NCBI GenBank assembly: GCA_025786725.1
Contig: JAHLTZ010000023.1
Location: forward strand, 384,745-448,744
DNA: 64,000 nt
Direction of reading: 5' to 3'
Origin: Syncephalis fuscata S228
Taxonomy: Eukaryota > Fungi > Zoopagomycota
Shown here: one piece after another, positions 1 to 11,155 of the stretch
Layout: every line of letters starts with the position of its first letter
Numbering within the stretch: the first letter of the stretch is position 1
The notes under the pieces: model-generated
Database searches by the model: none
Told to the model about the DNA's origin: nothing
Seen by the model: the letters and a program-made list of their open reading frames with translations, nothing else
Program-made: the position numbers and the translations under genes

Positions 1-90
1 ATGATCTTGCTTTTCACCAAATATATACCTAAAGTGTATTGGAATAATGGCTTGATTGCACTACCAATGCTGATGTCTTAAAACCGTCGA

Positions 91-827
91 TTATGCTGTA
101 TTTACAAATAAAGATATTATATGTTATATGATTAATGTATAGTCAGTTAATACACAATGCTACTTACTGTCTATTAATATTAATAATTAATACAATCAGA
201 AAGTAGCAGTTAATGTATAGCTAATTAACACAAAATACCACTTGCTGTCTATTAATATTTGTTGATACACACATTACATGGATATAATTAGTGAGTAATT
301 AGTTAATATACAATACAACTTACATGCGCCTAATGTTAATTTATTGATAGATACAATACATTACACGTAATTAGTGTATACTCTATTGATATGCAATAAA
401 ACCTACCAGCTATTGATATTTATTTGTTGATGCACACAGTACATAGTATATAATTAGTAAGTAATCAATTGATATATAATGCAACTTACATTCCGCTAAT
501 ATTAAATCGTTGAAACACAGTGCATGAAATATAATTAATGTATCGTCAATTAATATAAAATGCTACTTACAACCTATTAATATTAAGTTATTGATACACA
601 CAATAAATAGCATACAATTAGCGTGTGAATAGCTAATATACGCTATTACTTGTCAGCTATTATAGTAATTAGTTAGAAATACTGTTAGTAAACAAAATAT
701 TATGGTATATTTATTGTTATTGCGACATACCACCACGGCGAACTAAGGCTGGTTTAGCATCTACCATGGCTGTACTGGCCATGATAGCCACGACAATGGT
801 GCAAACGGCGGCAATAGAAAGCTTCAT
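91..827 (-). CDS. Micro-exon gene encoding a 42-aa secreted prepro-peptide (signal peptide + KPALVRR pro-region + GAGSESGAYNT)
   Basis: Exon 1 is 827-731 (MKLSIAAVCTIVVAIMASTAMVDAKPALVRRG+g, donor GTATGT, TACTAAC at 690-684). Micro-exons are 656-654 CTG, 573-571 GTT, 495-490 CGGAAT, 409-407 CTG, 329-324 GCGCAT, 248-246 ACA and 170-168 ACA. Each is preceded by TAG and followed by GTAAGT/GTAGGT/GCAAGT, except the first (ACAAGT). The last exon follows CAG at 98-96 and reads CA-TAA, so the stop is in frame. Confidence 0.85.
96..730. repeat. Degenerate ~80-bp tandem repeat (intron + micro-exon cassette), about 7-8 units
   Basis: The motif ACTTAC-N3/6-CTATTAATATT (and close variants) recurs with its CTA at 171, 249, 330, 410, 496, 574 and 657, i.e. 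spacings 78, 81, 80, 86, 78, 83. The intervening sequence is visibly homologous (TTGATACACA...AATTAGTG...AATTAATATA). Confidence 0.9.
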
Positions 828-3800
828 GGTGATATTGATTTGTTAAAACAAACAAATAAAAGAGATAGTAAAGTGTGGTTGGTATAGAGTGGTGAATAGT
901 GCGTGTTTAGCAAGAAGTAGAGCGTGATGATGATATTGCAGTTGGTTGTGTATATTTTGTGGGCTATTTAAACTTACGACTATCCTGACATACTAGTATG
1001 CTGCACTATACGAGATATACCATTTATGTGTAATATGAACCAATAAAGCAATCCAAACAATGGTTTGAGGCACGCGTGTACCAATAGATTTATGGTGTGA
1101 CATCCTACTTTTTGGTCTTGGTTTCAACCTGCTCAGCTTTGATTTAACCTACTTGGCCTTTACTTCAGTTTGCCAACCATTTACACAAAAAACACAATGA
1201 TGGTAATAATCTAGTACATATGCGATATAAATGGATATATTAGCCTGTTTTTTTTCGTTATATAATTTAATTATTTGGTAAAAACGATAATGATGTATTT
1301 GCTGCCATTTCTACCAATTCAGTTTTCAATATTTGCATACATACAAAATAGTACACAACGCTGATGCAAAAACAAGTTTAATATATCAAACTGGTATTTT
1401 ATACAGGTTTTTACTGCCATACATAGGCCAGCCATAATTTTTAAATTATAAAATGTATTGATTGGTACATGTATACATTTCATTCGACACTATGCCCATT
1501 GTTATGGGGTAATCATTGCTTTGAATTCACAATACATCACATCCAGGCATATCATACTACATGCTGTGCAACTACCATCATTCAAATGGCGGCTAATCTA
1601 AATTATTTGCAATTGACTATACAATAAGTACTATTTATAAAATGATGTATCATAGCATTTTGAGCAATAAACATTCCAACAGGTCATTTTCGTCACCAGT
1701 TTTCAGGTGTAGACTAAATTGCATTGGCTAAACTACACGCAATTCACTATGCAGACACTAGCTAGACACAATAGAAAGTTCTGCCCAAATATCAGCAATT
1801 TTGAGTGCATAACGGCTGTGGATTGTACATCAGCCGATAATCATCCAAGGCCTAAGTACTGCTTACATTTCTGAAACCAATTCTGACAAGTTAAGCAAGA
1901 TAGAATATAGAAGAACAAGCCAAGGCAGAAACCAATGGAAAAACAATTAGCAGTTTAAAGGCTTACTAGTTTAGCTTATAGCAAATCATTATTTTCATAC
2001 CAGGCTAGACTGAGTTTATCAATGATCCAACTATTGATGATACAGTTAGAACGATAGCACTAAACGAAAGTAACGCATGAAAACAAAACATTGTACATAG
2101 CATTTAATAAAACTACAAATACACACGTGCTGTTATACTTTGGATTGTATAAGGTGTACTTGAGGAGAAAGCAGACAATAGCGGATGATGTTGTCAATAA
2201 ATAGCTACTCATAAGGGCATTGATTGGTTAAAATGAGGATTAATATAGTTACATATCATAAGTAATGATTTCATGCTGTTGTAAGTTGTTAAACAGAAAA
2301 AAAACATCTATCTATCAGACTGAAATGCGCATTCAGAATTATTTATGTTGTCCATTTGTTCCATAAAAGCATATACAACTAAAGTAAATAGTAAAGTAGC
2401 ATGGACACCATTTTCAACTATAAAATATACAACTATATTATGTGTAAATGCGTAGCAATTCAATATCAAATAGTGTACTAATCAGATATTAGTTTATTGC
2501 TATACTGCCAGCCATCTGTTTAATTCACTTGACAATAGAAATGTAGGATGTCATTACGGTATTGAATTACGGTATTATGATAATTTAATTATTTACCATG
2601 CGATTGATTCATGACATCTACCATGTAATCGAACAACATGCCAATGATAACATGTGAATAGCCACAACAAGAACATACTAAATATTAGTATTAACAATTA
2701 CAACCAAACAACTATCCAATGACATAGCTAGTAAGTATTTGTTATTTACTGACATATGAGCAACCATATGAACAAGGCTCAAATTCTATTAACAATAGTG
2801 TTTACTATAAACTACTAGCCCTATTGAAATTACAATAAACATATCTATATCTTTGGTTATATATTCTTTCTCTGCTTTAATTGCAAGTGTTATTTAGCTA
2901 TTAAAAGCTTAACTATGGTAATTGATGGTTAAAAGAAAATTATTTATTGTTAATTTTATAATAACATCAGATTTATGTCATATAAATGTAAGCAATTAAT
3001 TAGTGATTACTAGCGCTTAGGCGATAGAAGTAAGCATAAACAAGACGGTAATCATTAAGTTGCTAGTCGTCACAGTGTTATTGAATTTAGTAATTTGGTC
3101 ACCGAATCGCAATATAATTAAATAATTTGATCATAAAAAAGCTATTTAATATTGTTTGGCATTTAAATCAACAATCGGCTATAAATGACAGTTTTTTGCT
3201 TGATCGGTATTTTTATTTTCCAAAATCTTCTGCAAATTTTACATTTCTAGGTGCTAAAATAGATACAGTGTTTAAACAATAATTTGGAACACTCTTGGTA
3301 CTTATTATGCAGAATTACTGACGACGACGAATACCGAAAACTCGTGCGCTATATTCTGCCAACAATCAAATAAATATGCCAATCTAGAAAGTTTATTGCA
3401 CAGATTATCATCCTACGTGGAAAGTAAACATAATAGTTTGATAATTGGTCTAAACTATTACCGCCATTGTATAGCAGTGGCAATTCCGCTTTTACTTAGC
3501 TATAGCATGTAGATTTGGTATTCTGTTAGACTAATAAACAGTATGTCATTAAACATAATCATTTAATTTAATAACGGGTCTCAATTTAATGAGTTTAAAA
3601 ATAAAAGTTTATTATGATTAATTGCAGCGTAAATAGTTCATAGTTAAGCAAACAATATTGCACTATTATTAAACTGAAATGCAAAGTTATAAAAACTTTA
3701 TTATTAACCAATCTAGTGTTTAGCTAATCACGTATTATATATTTAATTTCTATTAAATCACTTCGACAGCTTGGGCTATATTTAAACATATCGGTTAGCT

Positions 3801-6416
3801 AAATAATAATAATAAATAACCTAGTTGATAAAACACAGTATTTTGTACCATCAGTTATTATAATATACTAGCACATAATCATGCTGTTCTCATCACCCTG
3901 CTGTATTCTCTGCACACGCTTGCTTGTTCATTATTTGCATTTATCCTCACCGACAAAACAGGATATGAAAATCCAGGTCGGTTAGCGCCGTGCAATAGCA
4001 CAGCAAATGCAGTTTCATTTAATTTAATGTCTCGCAGTTAATCCACAATCCTAGCAAATCTTGTGCTATATTGTTCTTTAATACAAGTGGCAAGTCAAAC
4101 ATGCAATCAGCAATGAAAGATCTTCCAGCGTCATGTGCACGTTAATAGCTACAAACAATGCATGTATAAAAACACAGTTATACATTAATCGTCTACAAGA
4201 ATGCAATAAATATCGTATCGCATCGAAAAGTATGATAAATAATTTTGCGCATGGCCTTTGATCCATCCGTGCTTACAGCTTATAAAAGATGTAAACGCTT
4301 TACCAAATATGTCTTATTGGCAGTGAATCCTAACATTACAAGATTTTCATCAAGTAAATAACACGCGCAAGCTATAAATAGCATAAATATACGTTTACTT
4401 TTACAACCTTATGTTCATTTAAAAAGACGGCGTACAGCCTAGCTTGTACGTCGCTTTGAACATAGGCCGAGCACGCAAATGTTATGATTTTCTTTTCAAT
4501 GCAGACATCTATGCAACTAATAGCAATAGTATGAATAGCCAGCTAGTATATAGCATCGTTAAGGCAGCAAAAATGGCACCTGGTCTAGACAAATTCATTC
4601 AAAGTTGAAATATGCCTGTTTGAATCGACAGAGGATAACAGTGCCAGGCATCGAACCTTTTACATGGGCATCATCTGGATACGCGAAATAATGATATAAT
4701 GGCAAATACTTACAATATTATATGATGTAAATAGAAAAGCAAAGGCTATGCTTATTACTAGGCAATCAACAAAAGCAATGACAAATAGAAAGGAAAGTAC
4801 GTGATGGATTCGTATAGCGGTTAGTCCTATTGACTTTTTTAAAACTATTACTTCATTTGCTATTACAAAAACTACAGTTTTTGGTCAGATTAACATCGAC
4901 ACAAAATTCGTTCACACTTGTTTATTTGAATGATAATGATGCAGCGATTTAAGTTGCAAATAAAATAAAACATATTCAATGAAAGTAGTGCACTGTATAC
5001 TTTTAGTTTTGTTGTTAAAAGTATTTTACTAGAGCAATAGCTTCGTTGCTTTTGCTAGTAATGAATATTTATAGGGCAATAATTCACCGACAACACAGCA
5101 GTCATATAGCACCATGCTTTTTGCGTTTTTATTTTTTATGAGCGAATTTGCAGCTACGCAGCAATAGTAGCAATTGAATACAATGCTTCCTCTTGTAATT
5201 GGTTCGATAGCTTGTGTATGAACAAAGGTTAATACGCTTTGTTCCGGATTGTCTTCAGATACCGAAGTAGTATCTGCAGAAAAACGCACAAGACTGATTA
5301 TTGCCGTGCCGTCATTACATCTTTCAGCAAGGTTGGCCAAGCAGCGGTGTCGCCAAGGACACTGGTGTTTTTCAGCTATTTTGTTTAATCTAAAGTTAAC
5401 ACCGACTTAGTCGCACCAATAATTGCCATATTCAGGCCCTCGGCATATGGGTCTTAATTGTTACTAGCTAAACCGCCGTCGCCCTTCTATTCAGATCTGC
5501 CCATGCTATTTGCTACACCGCTAGTCTCGTGGCGATTGCTGTTGGCAGCAATAAACAGACATATGTTACATCTATATCTGTAACTGTTTCTTCTGTAAAT
5601 GAACAGTCATCGTGGTCAGCTATCATCCAGAAATAATGGCGCTAGTCGACCCCTGTTTATACATTTATTTCTACATACATACGATTCACATGATGGACAA
5701 GTCTGTTTTTATGCCTAGTAGGAGGCGCCCATAAACCGGATAAAGGCCCCTTCTGTGCCATTGTGTTAAAAATAGGCGACAATAATTCGCCGTGGGAAGA
5801 GTGTGGATCTGTGGTGCCAATGAAATAAAATGGAGATTATGGATGTACAACTCCGGAGGGGACTTGTTTACTTGAACAAGAGAACTGGGCCAGTGGTCGT
5901 CCCACACTTGAGTTCAACGACATGCGTTTGTAGAGCGCTTATTACGACATAGATGCAAAATGAGGGATGAAAGTCTGCATGCGCTCTATACGTTTTTTGT
6001 GCGAGATGCACATGGACAGCTGTCCCAATCAGGTCACATTACTTGCTCCCTTTAGACAAAGGCAATAAATATTTATTCACTTTAAAACCATCGGCGTGCC
6101 TTCTTGCTGTAAAAGGCAGCTGGCAAACATCATATTCTTCCTATCATTTTCACCTTCCGCGTTCACGTTCCGTGCGATACTTTATAGCCACGACGCTACA
6201 TCCATTTCGCGCTTTAGTTCCCTAACTCTTTTCTTTATCTCACGGCGGCACACCGTGTTGCTGTCCGCAACAACAACAACAAACCACCCGATTTTTGTCG
6301 GGGGTGGGCGTTACGACTTGAATTTTGCTTTATTATTATCAACTACGCTATCACGAAGCAGTATAGGATTTACACCACCATATCGGCGATTTACTGCTTT
6401 ATTTTAACGATCCATT

Positions 6417-8182
6417 ATGGCGACTACCGAGTCTGCAACACGCCCTTCATCAGGGTATCAGCCGTCACCGGTTACCGAGCTGCCCACCTATAATACTAAT
6501 GTGACGGAAATGAACGAGGCCAGTGTTCGGCAAGAGCCAGCCGTAATAGTATGACAACTGTCCAGCATGAAGAAAAGCGCATCAGCACCGTAGAGTCAAT
6601 TAAACGTACCGATAACGACGACGACGAAGGTCCATCAAAGCTGGATGAGATCTACCAACGCTACAAAATCTACATCCACGGGCTAATCTGGTGCTTAATT
6701 ACCACCTTTTTTGTTGCTGCCGTCGTGCTACATCCCAATCATGGATGGATTCCATTAACTGCTCTATACGTTTTTATTACGCTTAAAATGTTTTTTGCCT
6801 ATGTTTCTGTAAGTTATATCACTCGTCCAGTTGGCCGTGTCTGGTGTGCAGCCATCGAACACCCGTGGTTTAAGATTAATCGCCGTGTTCGCTACGCAAT
6901 TGGCTTTGCTGTCCCGCTTATTGTTATGATATGCACTGCTTTAATTGCTCCCGAATCCGAAAGCGGAACCCGTATCCAACGTATTATTTCATTTTGTGGG
7001 CTTATTTTCATTGTTCTCCTACTATACATCACCTCAAATGACCGTGCCTACATTAAATGGCGTATTGTCATTGTGGGTATTTCAATCCAGTTTTTGCTTG
7101 GCGTGTTCATTCTTAAGACCCAAGTCGGTTATGATCTATTTGGATGGATCTCCAGCATGGCCAGCGCATTCCTTGGCTTTAGCAAAGTTGGTGCCGTTTT
7201 TGTATTAGGCGAGGAATCCGTTAAAACCAATTCATTCGCCGTCAGTGTATTGCCGGGTGTTCTGTTCTTTGCTTCATTTATCCAAATCGTCTACTACCTC
7301 GGTGGTATGCAATGGATTGTTCGCAAGTTTGCCTGGATCATGGTACGTCTAATGGACACAAGTGGTGCCGAATCAGTTGTCGCTGCCGCATCTCCTTTTG
7401 TCGGTCAAGGTGAATCTGCTCTTTTGGTCAAGCCTTTCATTAAGGACATGACCATGTCGGAAATTCACTCAACTATGTGTTCCGGTTTCGCCACCATTGC
7501 CGGCTCCGTTTTAATCGCCTTCATTTCATTTGGTATTCCATCGCAGCCCCTACTAACGGCATGTGTTATGTCAACACCTTGCTCATTGGTCGTGTCCAAG
7601 CTCCGTTATCCAGAGAAGCAGCAATCGACATCGAAGGGCCGTGTCATTATTCCTAAGGAAGAAGACCGTGAAGCAAACATTCTTCATGCCGCTGCTAATG
7701 GCGCCGCTCAGGGTGTTCATCTTATTCTATTGATTGCCGGTACTTTGTTGGCCATTATTTCGCTACTGGAACTTTTCAACACCATGCTTGGCTGGCTCGG
7801 TGCCTTTGTCAATCTTCCTGGCTTAACGTTGACGGATATTGCCAAATATTTATTTGTACCGTTCGCTTGGTTTATCGGCATTCCTACCGCCGATGTAATG
7901 CGAGTTGCCGATTTGATGGCCACCAAGATGGTTGGCAATGAATTCCTTGCGTACATTGCTTTGTCCAAGGCACAGAGTGTAATGACGCTGCGTGGTCAAT
8001 TGCTTACAACCTATGCTCTCTGTGGCTTTGCCAACTTTGCTTCCATTGGTATTCAGATTGGCTGTATTGGCGCTATCGCTCCTACGCGTAAGCGCGATCT
8101 TGCTCGCCTGGCTTTCTCGTCCATGATTAGTGGTACACTATCGACATTTATAACGGCCTGCATTGCTGGTCTTTTGTTATAA
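6417..8182 (+). CDS. CNT: Concentrative nucleoside transporter (CNT/SLC28 family)
   Basis: CNT motifs SGAESVVAAASPFVGQGES, SGFATIAGSVL, GNEFLAY and YALCGFANFASIGIQIG; multi-TM; intronless. The upstream ATG at 6417 joins ORF 6551 if one base is restored near 6535-6550. Confidence 0.95.
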
Positions 8183-8459
8183 CTCCCGCTACTGTTACTA
8201 CTATAACGTCTATTACCTATTACTAGTGATAATAATAAAACATTTGCTGACTGCTTTTTTTGAACGGTAATTTGTGTGTAGATTAATGAATTATATTTTA
8301 TTACAACTGTAACTATAACTATTAGACGTTACAACTATCACTAAATAAACTTTTTTTGCTAATTCTAATTTATTTAATAAAGGCTATTTAATATAAGGTT
8401 TGTTGATTAAGCTTTTCTTTGACCTAGCACTTAAATAGCAACTCAGTACACTCAATCTA

Positions 8460-9072
8460 TCATCCTGATAACATTAAACTTCGCTCCAGATTATGTAACT
8501 GTCGGCGACCTTCAGATAAAAGTGTCTTTAGTGCATCCTAATTATATTATCGTCATTAATAAATTGTCCACTAGTGGCCGCTGTTTATGTGCATACCTGA
8601 CTTGTGCCAGTACGGCTACGTTTAAACTCGTGTCGCACCCAACCAAGTAGTTCTTCACGGTCCGCTTTAGCCACTTCACCTAGTAGTAACCGGTTACGTA
8701 AATGGTGCAATCTTTATTATTTATATTAATACACTCACTATGCCAAATAGTACGTTGAAATTCTCGGTACAATTGACGAATCTGCGCCCGAAGAATAAAC
8801 TATATATTGTTTAGCTATGCTCGTAGCATAATATACATTTATTCATATAGAATACTTGCATCAGATAGCGATGGTGCATTTTTCTCGGCCCATCGACGTT
8901 CATAGCCATTAATTACTATTGGTTCATGACGAATCGTGTCATTTCTATGGACGGCTGTTGTCTGTTTTGAACAGGTCTGAAATGCACATACAATCGCTGT
9001 TGTCGTCCGATTCGTTCGCTGTAATGATCGCCGATAAACGGTGCGAGCAATTGAGGTTGTCAGTTTAAACAT
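8460..9072 (-). CDS. Mitochondrial LYR-motif protein (LYRM2-like), 4 exons
   Basis: Basic mitochondrial presequence. Spliced product reads SLSD|FILRAQIRQLYREFQRTIWH|SEVAKADREELLGWVRHEFKRSRTGTSQ|DALKTLLSEGRRQLHNLERSLMLSG*. The first intron (8859-8800) is GC-AG. Confidence 0.85.
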
Positions 9073-9272
9073 GACGATAAAGAAATAATAGATATTAAGA
9101 GTAAAAGCAACGCCATGTTACTAAAACACACCTTTGGTAGTTTTGTATTTCTTTCGCTCATCTTGCATTACTTACGTGGCGACACTGTTATTTGTTTATT
9201 TGCCTACTTATTGGCCAGCACACTTCTCTCTTACTCTGTGCGTGCGTGTGTGTGTGTATATTCAGTGCTGTC
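9073..9272. promoter_or_regulatory. Putative bidirectional promoter between LYRM2-like and CSN8
   Basis: Divergent start codons only 200 bp apart; short GT repeat near 9237-9257. Confidence 0.5.
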
Positions 9273-10172
9273 ATGGCAACTGCTACTATCACGCCACTAA
9301 CACCGGACAACCGGGATGTTCGCGGCTTACTTGAATGCTGCAAAGCCATTGAAGCGAGTGTAAGCGTTATTAGTATTATTTAGTGTTTATTGTTAATATG
9401 TGTATTCAGCATGTGTCGTTGGAAACTCTATTCAAAGAGGAGCGTGAACAGCTAACAACAGCGAGTATTGCCTGTCTACTGGCTCTGGACGACATGTAAG
9501 TAGATTGTTTATCTACAGTATATTGTTAGTAATTGTAACGATCAAGTCCGTCGGCCACGCTTCAACTAAACAATATACCGCAAAACCAAAGAACACCAGA
9601 AATCAATGCATTGTTTGAGGTTGCTCGTGGATTGACAGCCGGACCTACGCAAACAGAATTGATATTTCAGGCGATTCACGCCTTTACGTGGAATGATGTC
9701 GTGGCATCCATTATGACGCAACTCATCGGTAAATATTACTTTGTTTTTATATTCACTTTGTTCATTTGCATAATACTCCATTGAAATCATCAATAGAATC
9801 TACTCGTCAAAAGACAATCAACACCATTGAATCCAGCTACAACTCGTTGCCTTTAGCACTTGCGGCAAATAAAATAGGCTTATCGACCGAAGAAACAACT
9901 CAATGTAGGTTATATGTATTTATTGCTACTTAACTAATATAAAAAATAACCATCTAGTATTTGTCAAGGCAGGTTGGGAATTGAATACTGAAAAACAGAC
10001 ACTTTACCGTACAGCTGCCGCGACACCTTCTCGTTCAGGTAATCATTGGAGCGACAAACACGCGATCGTACTGACAATTCCTCTGACTCATAACTATTCA
10101 GTGAAACCGACATTGGCAAAGGATCCGTTTGCTTTACTTACAGACCATGTTCTTCATATGGAGCGTTTTTAA
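9273..10172 (+). CDS. CSN8: COP9 signalosome subunit 8-like (CSN8/PSMD8/eIF3K PCI family), about 6 exons
   Basis: Spliced peptides ESTRQKTINTIESSYNSLPLALAANKIGLSTEETTQ, FVKAGWE and C-terminal FALLTDHVLHMERF* resemble CSN8. GT-AG introns near 9360, 9497, 9729, 9905 and 10039. Confidence 0.75.
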
Positions 10173-10504
10173 ATGATTACTATTGGTGCATATTCGTTTA
10201 ATCAAAATTCCACGAATAATAATAAAACACACACATTAATCTAAATAGCTTAACGTAGTGTAGCTTTGAAATAAGCTGTATTTACAGCTGCCAAGAATCA
10301 TATCAAGTAATGATGACTACGTTGTAATTTTGAATAACGACTGAATTTCACATTAAAAGCAAATCAAATATTATTTCTCTCTCTGCATCTGCTTTCTACA
10401 CTACTATCCGATCGCACTCTTCTTGCAAGAGTTTTTATTTCGACAATCTACGCTAGTTGATGGAGGTTGCCTTATTGGCATTTGCACTTCTTCGTCCCTA
10501 CAGT

Positions 10505-10794
10505 ATGCTTGGCCGTCTTTTCCACTATGCCGTCGACGCAGTTCTTGTGTCAACCACTCTAGCCGGGATCCGCCGTTCTACCGGAATAACGTAGGTAGAG
10601 AGCGGACAGATAGGAGATACAAAACAACTAATAGCCTATTATTGCTGCCAATGCTTAGATTGAATACGGAAGAGATCAAAAACGATGAAATACGTAAATA
10701 TACGCTAAAGTACCTTGGTCTTGGTGAATTCCTGGTTGACCAAACCGTTGCATTCATGGGCACTTCAAGCTTTTTTAAGCGTAATCGCGATTGA
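10505..10794 (+). CDS. Small fungal DUF1748-family protein, 2 exons
   Basis: [29 protein letters not shown] | intron 10591-10658 | [44 protein letters not shown]; matches my recollection of the family pattern. Confidence 0.8.
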
Positions 10795-11155
10795 GGACAG
10801 CGGACGCTGTGTACAACAAATCGGCGTTTGTTATTAGCATCAGATGATATTAATTATTTGTTATATAATATAAATCTATTTGGTAGGCGTAATAAAATGT
10901 TTATTTCGCGATTATACGTCTATAGCCAAGTGTATGTGGATGTTTTTTTTACTATTTATATTGGTATTTTCTACCTTAACGACTGGCACACTTTGCATTA
11001 ATATAAATAAATAAAAGTCGATTAATAATACATAAGAAAAGGATAAAGGACATTGTATTAAGACTGTACATATTTGTTACATTATATACTTTATTAGAAC
11101 TATATTTTAAATTGAATTGCTGGTCTGTTTTCAGCTTCTTATTGCTGGTTTAAAC

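Noticed and set aside
96-730. CRISPR-like or plain satellite interpretation of the ~80-bp repeat
   Set aside because: The context is eukaryotic, with no identical repeats, unique spacers or cas genes. The conserved parts are splice signals and the variable 3/6-nt cores form an in-frame peptide.
717-827. Unspliced 36-aa ORF ending RRGGMSQ*
   Set aside because: The GTATGT donor, TACTAAC branch and downstream in-frame exon chain explain the sequence better. It remains possible as an intron-retained isoform.
4078-5907. Short ORFs 4078-4266, 5029-5340 and 5686-5907
   Set aside because: No recognisable motifs, and I could not build a coherent spliced model.
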